Shown here piece by piece: positions 59,876 to 64,000 of a stretch of 64,000 bases of DNA. Below the pieces are notes generated by a model. The model worked only from the letters and a program-made list of their open reading frames with translations. It was not told where the DNA came from and ran no database searches. Source of the DNA: an uncultured Ignavibacteriales bacterium (GTDB lineage Bacteria; Zixibacteria; MSB-5A5; GN15; FEB-12); contig CAZILL010000001.1 in NCBI GenBank assembly GCA_964540105.1, forward strand, positions 315,649-379,648. The letters run 5' to 3'. The first letter of the stretch is position 1, and every line of letters begins with the position of its first letter. Position numbers and translations under genes: made by a program.

Positions 59876-60436
59876 CTACTTCTTGTACGGAATCTTCTCC
59901 CGGTCGTAGAACGCTTTGATCTTCCCTTCGGCCGAACCTATCCACGCGAAAACAGTATCTTGTCGGGCTCCCTCGATGAGAGTGCCCCAGTGCATCATCC
60001 GGTACGCGAGGGGTGGCATATCCCCCTTCTTGATTTCAGAGTGCATGTGTTTCAGAGTTTTCAGAACGCTCTCCTTGCCGGAAAACGGGAAACCGTTGGA
60101 AAAATCCAGATGCTCGCGCCCCTCTTCGATGTCCGACGCAATGAACCCTTTGATTAGCGGGAGCTTCGCATACCACGGATAGCGAGTTGATGAACTATGG
60201 CAGTCGTAGCAGCTTTTCTCCAAAATCGGCTTTACGGTCGGGAAGGATTGATTGATGAGCGCAAATAGGCTATCCTGCCGTGCCCGTACGTCCCCATCTG
60301 TCGGAGACGATTCCGTCTGGGCCGGCGAATCTTCTTTGTCATCTTCGTCTGCCGACGTCAATTCAAAAGAAAGAACTAATCCAAGCAGTGCGGCCGCAAC
60401 CAGCGGCAGAAACATCTGCGTGCGACGATGATTCAT
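59876..60436 (-). CDS. Haem-binding-domain (Haem_bd-like) protein
   Basis: I chose the ATG at 60436, preceded by GGAAGGAG, which gives the signal MNHRRTQMFLPLVAAALLGLVL. Motifs present are CYDCHSSSTRYPWYAKLP and GREHLDFS. The longer ORF would overlap murQ. Confidence 0.65.
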   Translation of the reverse strand: MNHRRTQMFLPLVAAALLGLVLSFELTSADEDDKEDSPAQTESSPTDGDVRARQDSLFALINQSFPTVKPILEKSCYDCHSSSTRYPWYAKLPLIKGFIASDIEEGREHLDFSNGFPFSGKESVLKTLKHMHSEIKKGDMPPLAYRMMHWGTLIEGARQDTVFAWIGSAEGKIKAFYDREKIPYKK

Positions 60437-60458
60437 GATAGTATCTCCTTCCTGAAAG

Positions 60459-61370
60459 TCACGTAATGCGTGATATGAAACCTCCGGCCTCGGACAGCCT
60501 TCGGGCAGCTTCGTGTTGATTGATCCCGAAGCGATGCATGACAATGGCCAACTTCACCGAACCGCCTGCTTGCTCGAGAAGCTTCTCAGCGTCTCCAAGA
60601 GAAACGCCGAGGAGATCAATGAGAATCTTGCGCGAACGTGCCGCTAACTTTTCCGAACGAGCCTTCAGATCGACCATCAGATTGCCGCAGGTCTTCCCCA
60701 GCAGAATCATGGCTGTGGTCGAGATCATATTCAATGTCATTTTCTGTGCGGTTCCCGATTTCATCCGGGTCGAACCGGTGATCACCTCCGGTCCCACGGG
60801 CAGCTCAATGAGAACATCCGGACGCAAGTGCAGAGAACCGGCTCGGTTGCAGATTATGAACGCCGTCGCGCATCCCACGGAAGTGGCATATTCCAGCGCC
60901 GCCCGGGTGTAGGGGGTGCGACGCGATGCGGCAAGTCCGATCACGAAATCGTTCCGAGTCAGTTGGAGCTTCTCAAGATCGCGCCGGGCGGCAATCGGAT
61001 CATCCTCGACCCCTTCCTGCGAGAGCGTCAGTGACCCGTAGCCACCAGCGATCACTCCGATGACCTGGCTGGGGTCGGTCCCAAAAGTGGGCGGACATTC
61101 TGCAGCGTCAAGTACGCCGAGTCGCCCGGAAGTACCGGCTCCGACGTATAGCGCTCTTCCACCATTGGCAATGCTCAGCGCGAACATTTCTGCACACTTC
61201 GCTATCTGGGGAAGCGCCTGTTCCACAACCGAGGCGACCACTTTGTCCTCGGCGTTGATCCGGCGGGTAACCTCCAGCGCGGAGAGTTTATCAATATCTG
61301 TCGTGTTTGGGTTTGGCTGTTCGGTGTCTAGTCCGGCGAGTTGGCTGACTAATTCCCTGAAATCACTCAT
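60459..61370 (-). CDS. murQ: N-acetylmuramic acid 6-phosphate etherase
   Basis: N-terminal TEQPNPNTTDIDKLS and the SIS-domain motif GAGTSGRLG. The length of about 300 aa fits MurQ. Confidence 0.8.
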   Translation of the reverse strand: MSDFRELVSQLAGLDTEQPNPNTTDIDKLSALEVTRRINAEDKVVASVVEQALPQIAKCAEMFALSIANGGRALYVGAGTSGRLGVLDAAECPPTFGTDPSQVIGVIAGGYGSLTLSQEGVEDDPIAARRDLEKLQLTRNDFVIGLAASRRTPYTRAALEYATSVGCATAFIICNRAGSLHLRPDVLIELPVGPEVITGSTRMKSGTAQKMTLNMISTTAMILLGKTCGNLMVDLKARSEKLAARSRKILIDLLGVSLGDAEKLLEQAGGSVKLAIVMHRFGINQHEAARRLSEAGGFISRIT

Positions 61371-61446
61371 CGACCTATGGTAAAGCGGTCCGAGTGTGTC
61401 GGCAATCTAAAAAGGGGAGAGCGGTAATGAGGCCGGTTGGTCGGTG

Positions 61447-62250
61447 TCAGTATCTCACGTGGACCGAATCGCGTGCGGCGACTCTGATCATTCCGTAGCG
61501 CCCATTGATATCCTGGCGACCGGTGATATTGTCGGTCAATTGGTGCGGAAACGGAACCGGCAAGAGCCCTGCGGTGAGACTGCTATCGGGAACGCCGCTG
61601 TATGCATAGACATACACATAGTACCAGCCGGTATCAGGCAGAGGTCCGGGGCTTAGCGAGAAGGCCTCGGGTGGGAACGTGCCATTGGTATTAAACGATG
61701 TCACAAAGGTGCTGTAGCCGGACTTCAAGTAGGCGTCCTTCTTGAGAACCGCGGCCATCGCATATCCCCGCGCACTGTCCGACGTCGACCAGGCAAGCGA
61801 AACCTGCAGACTTCCGTGTGCGTCCCGATTGGTAGGGAAGATCTGCGTAATCGAGAACGTGTCGGTCACCGTTATCGGAAAAGTGTCACGGAACAGGGCA
61901 GAATCGTTCACGACCAACCTGTTGGCGCCCAACGAATATCGTGAGGACGAGGGAAACTGTGCCGAAAAGAGAGAATCGGGGCTAAATCCAGGTTTGTTGA
62001 AGCGCAGGGAATCCGCCCCGAACAGAAGGATTGCAGCCGGTCGCTGCGCCACCCCTTTAGTGAAGTCCGCAATGACTGTGGAACGTCCAACGCTCTGATC
62101 GATTATACAAGTGGCAGCTATCCGAAAGGCCTGATTATCATTAGATTCGGTTGGAGTTCCGTTGCAACTCAAGAAATAGGGAATAATTCCGATCAGCATT
62201 ACACCCATTATACGCCTGGGTAATATTCTCTCAACGTGACGTGATTTCAT
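61447..62250 (-). CDS. Hypothetical lipoprotein
   Basis: A signal peptide with lipobox (IIPYFLSC) and beta-rich composition. I recognised no family. Confidence 0.5.
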   Translation of the reverse strand: MKSRHVERILPRRIMGVMLIGIIPYFLSCNGTPTESNDNQAFRIAATCIIDQSVGRSTVIADFTKGVAQRPAAILLFGADSLRFNKPGFSPDSLFSAQFPSSSRYSLGANRLVVNDSALFRDTFPITVTDTFSITQIFPTNRDAHGSLQVSLAWSTSDSARGYAMAAVLKKDAYLKSGYSTFVTSFNTNGTFPPEAFSLSPGPLPDTGWYYVYVYAYSGVPDSSLTAGLLPVPFPHQLTDNITGRQDINGRYGMIRVAARDSVHVRY

Positions 62251-62673
62251 ACTTCTAAGTATCGGTAGCGTCTCCGCTTTTGTTTAGTTTCTCTCAAAAT
62301 AGGCTTTTTCTCCTTCAGAATTGAGGAATAAGTAGATTTCCCCGAAAAAATCATTGGAATCTCAAAAAAAAGCCTTGAATATTCAGAGGCAGCTTGTTTA
62401 TTATACTCGACTGTAAGCCAATTAACAGAAGCTACAGTATTGAGGGAGATAGAGCCTCAATGACTACTGACCTGTACTTGTTGGAGAAGATATATTTTCT
62501 AAAGATGGCTTTTTTTGAAACCAAGTAGTTACTAATTTGGTTACAAAAGTATGGCGACCCCGTGTCGCCTACTTCGCCCTGTGCCGTTCCCCCTCCCCCC
62601 CGGCGCGGGGCGTTTTATTTCTGGGAAGAAGGCGCGCAGCCTCGCATCACTGGAACCACGACTTGGGGGGTGA

Positions 62674-64000
62674 TCAGAATTTCGCCCAACCGGGTACACG
62701 CGGGAAGGGAACAACGTCGCGGATATTGGTCATGCCGGTTATATACATGAGCGATCGTTCGAACCCGAGTCCGAAACCGGCGTGTGGCACTGAGCCGTAC
62801 TTGCGGATATCAAGATACCATTGATAGCCTTCCGTGTTCGTAATCCCTTTTTTCTTCATTCTCTCCACGAGAACGTCGTGACGCTCTTCGCGTTGGCTTC
62901 CGCCGATGATTTCGCCGATTCGCGGCACAAGAACATCCATCGCTCTTACGGTCTTGCCGTCGTCGTTTAGGCGCATATAGAAGGCTTTGATCTCTTCGGG
63001 ATAATTGAACACGATCACCGGTTTCTTGAACACCTGCTCGGTGAGATACCGCTCGTGCTCCGACTGCATATCAAGCCCCCACTCAACGGGGTATTCAAAC
63101 TTCTTTCCGGATTTCTGGAGAATGCTGATCGCCTCGGAATATGGAAGTCGTTCGAACTGAGCCTTGACAACGGACTCAAGGGTGCTGATGACTTGGGGGT
63201 CAATCCGTTGGTTGAAGAACGCCATGTCGTCGGCGCATTCTTCCAGAGCGTAGCGGAAAAGGTACTTCAGGAAGTCCTCCGCCAAATCCATGTTGTCGGT
63301 CAATTCGGCCCAGGCCATTTCCGGTTCGATCATCCAGAACTCCGAGGCGTGCCGCGTCGTGTTGGAGTTTTCGGCGCGGAAAGTTGGCCCAAAGGTGTAA
63401 ATGTCCCCGAGCGCTGTCGCCAGAAGCTCCCCTTCGAGCTGACCGGAGACTGTGAGAAACGCCTCGCTGCCAAAGAAATCGGAACTCCAGTCGATCTCTT
63501 GGTCTTTTCGCGGGATGTTGTGAAAATCAAGAGTCGAAACCCTAAACATGTCTCCCGCTCCCTCGCAGTCGGACGCTGAGATGATCGGCGTGTGAATGTA
63601 GTAGAATCCCCGTTCCTGGTAGTATTTGTGGATCGCGTACGCAATCCGCGAGCGGGTTCGATTGACCGCGCCAAATGTATTCGAGCGCGGACGCAAGTGG
63701 GCAATCTCACGCAGAAACTCCCACGAGTGCTGTTTCTTCTGCAGGGGGAAACTGCTGTCGGCAGCACCGACCAGCGTCAGCTGCTCGATGCCGACCTCGT
63801 ATTTCTGACCTTTCCCCTGCGACAGAAGCAACCGTCCCTGTACGCGAACCGCCGCACCGGTCAGGATCTCACTCAAAATGGGGAATCGCGATGGATCGGC
63901 GGCGACGGCCTGCAGGTTTCTCATACAGGATCCGTCATTGATTTCAATAAAGGCGACTTCCTTCCCGACTCGAACGGTGCGCACCCATCCCAGGATCGTC
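62674..64000 (-). CDS. asnS: Asparagine--tRNA ligase (N-terminus beyond window edge)
   Basis: Class II aaRS motifs are present: [31 protein letters not shown] and [16 protein letters not shown]. The frame stays open to nt 63999 (..[12 protein letters not shown]..), so the true start lies outside the window. Confidence 0.9.
   Translation of the reverse strand, partial: TILGWVRTVRVGKEVAFIEINDGSCMRNLQAVAADPSRFPILSEILTGAAVRVQGRLLLSQGKGQKYEVGIEQLTLVGAADSSFPLQKKQHSWEFLREIAHLRPRSNTFGAVNRTRSRIAYAIHKYYQERGFYYIHTPIISASDCEGAGDMFRVSTLDFHNIPRKDQEIDWSSDFFGSEAFLTVSGQLEGELLATALGDIYTFGPTFRAENSNTTRHASEFWMIEPEMAWAELTDNMDLAEDFLKYLFRYALEECADDMAFFNQRIDPQVISTLESVVKAQFERLPYSEAISILQKSGKKFEYPVEWGLDMQSEHERYLTEQVFKKPVIVFNYPEEIKAFYMRLNDDGKTVRAMDVLVPRIGEIIGGSQREERHDVLVERMKKKGITNTEGYQWYLDIRKYGSVPHAGFGLGFERSLMYITGMTNIRDVVPFPRVPGWAKF

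Noticed and set aside
62537-62824. 95-aa plus-strand ORF spanning the spacer and the asnS 3' end
   Set aside because: It overlaps the strongly supported asnS CDS in antisense. Its sequence is Pro/Arg/Gly-rich with no motifs.
1-64000. Search by eye for mobile elements, prophage or defence genes, CRISPR arrays and rRNA or tRNA genes
   Set aside because: I recognised no transposase, integrase or recombinase motifs, no repeat-spacer architecture and no T-loop/acceptor structures in any intergenic region. Apart from the giant gene and the cytochrome operon, the window looks like core chromosome. A tRNAscan/Infernal run would be needed for certainty.

Overview
This is a densely coding 64-kb chromosomal window, about 55% GC by eye, from a Gram-negative bacterium. 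I saw no rRNA, tRNA, CRISPR array, transposase or integrase. A T9SS-type C-terminal sorting domain, ThyX, cohesin/dockerin modules and many multihaem cytochromes suggest an FCB-superphylum lineage, perhaps Zixibacteria-like. That placement is inference only.

Gene content, left to right:
- A TolC/HlyD/ABC-2 exporter operon and a YfcH-like SDR.
- A 3-TM heptahaem NapC/NirT-type cytochrome.
- Two tandem DUF3857/transglutaminase-like secreted proteins, a polytopic membrane protein, a TonB-dependent receptor, a small OM beta-barrel and trmB.
- A tightly packed four-gene operon on the minus strand with three membrane-anchored multihaem c cytochromes and one FdnI-like cytochrome b, and no catalytic subunit.
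- A MacAB-like exporter, PepF and an Smr protein.
- An 8.8-kb gene for a 2928-aa secreted protein carrying 22 tandem Cys-rich Ig-like repeats, a cohesin-like module, a dockerin-like module and a T9SS sorting domain.
- thyX, an M32 carboxypeptidase, a metallophosphoesterase and a SWIB-domain protein with a histone-H1-like Lys-rich tail.
- DUF1015-serA-serC.
- A GT39-like glycosyltransferase, then a serine-palmitoyltransferase-like gene followed by a GNAT-fold gene.
- A macro/PAP2/YigZ/DprA operon, lipoproteins, a Memo-AMMECR1 fusion, a haem-binding-domain protein, murQ and a 5'-truncated asnS.

The strongest candidates for novel biology are two. The first is the catalytic-subunit-free c-c-b-c cytochrome operon (about 35 c-haem sites) together with the ImcH-like heptahaem protein. 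The second is the giant repeat/cohesin/dockerin T9SS cargo with its unusual leader region.

All family calls come from motif recognition by eye. No database search was run.
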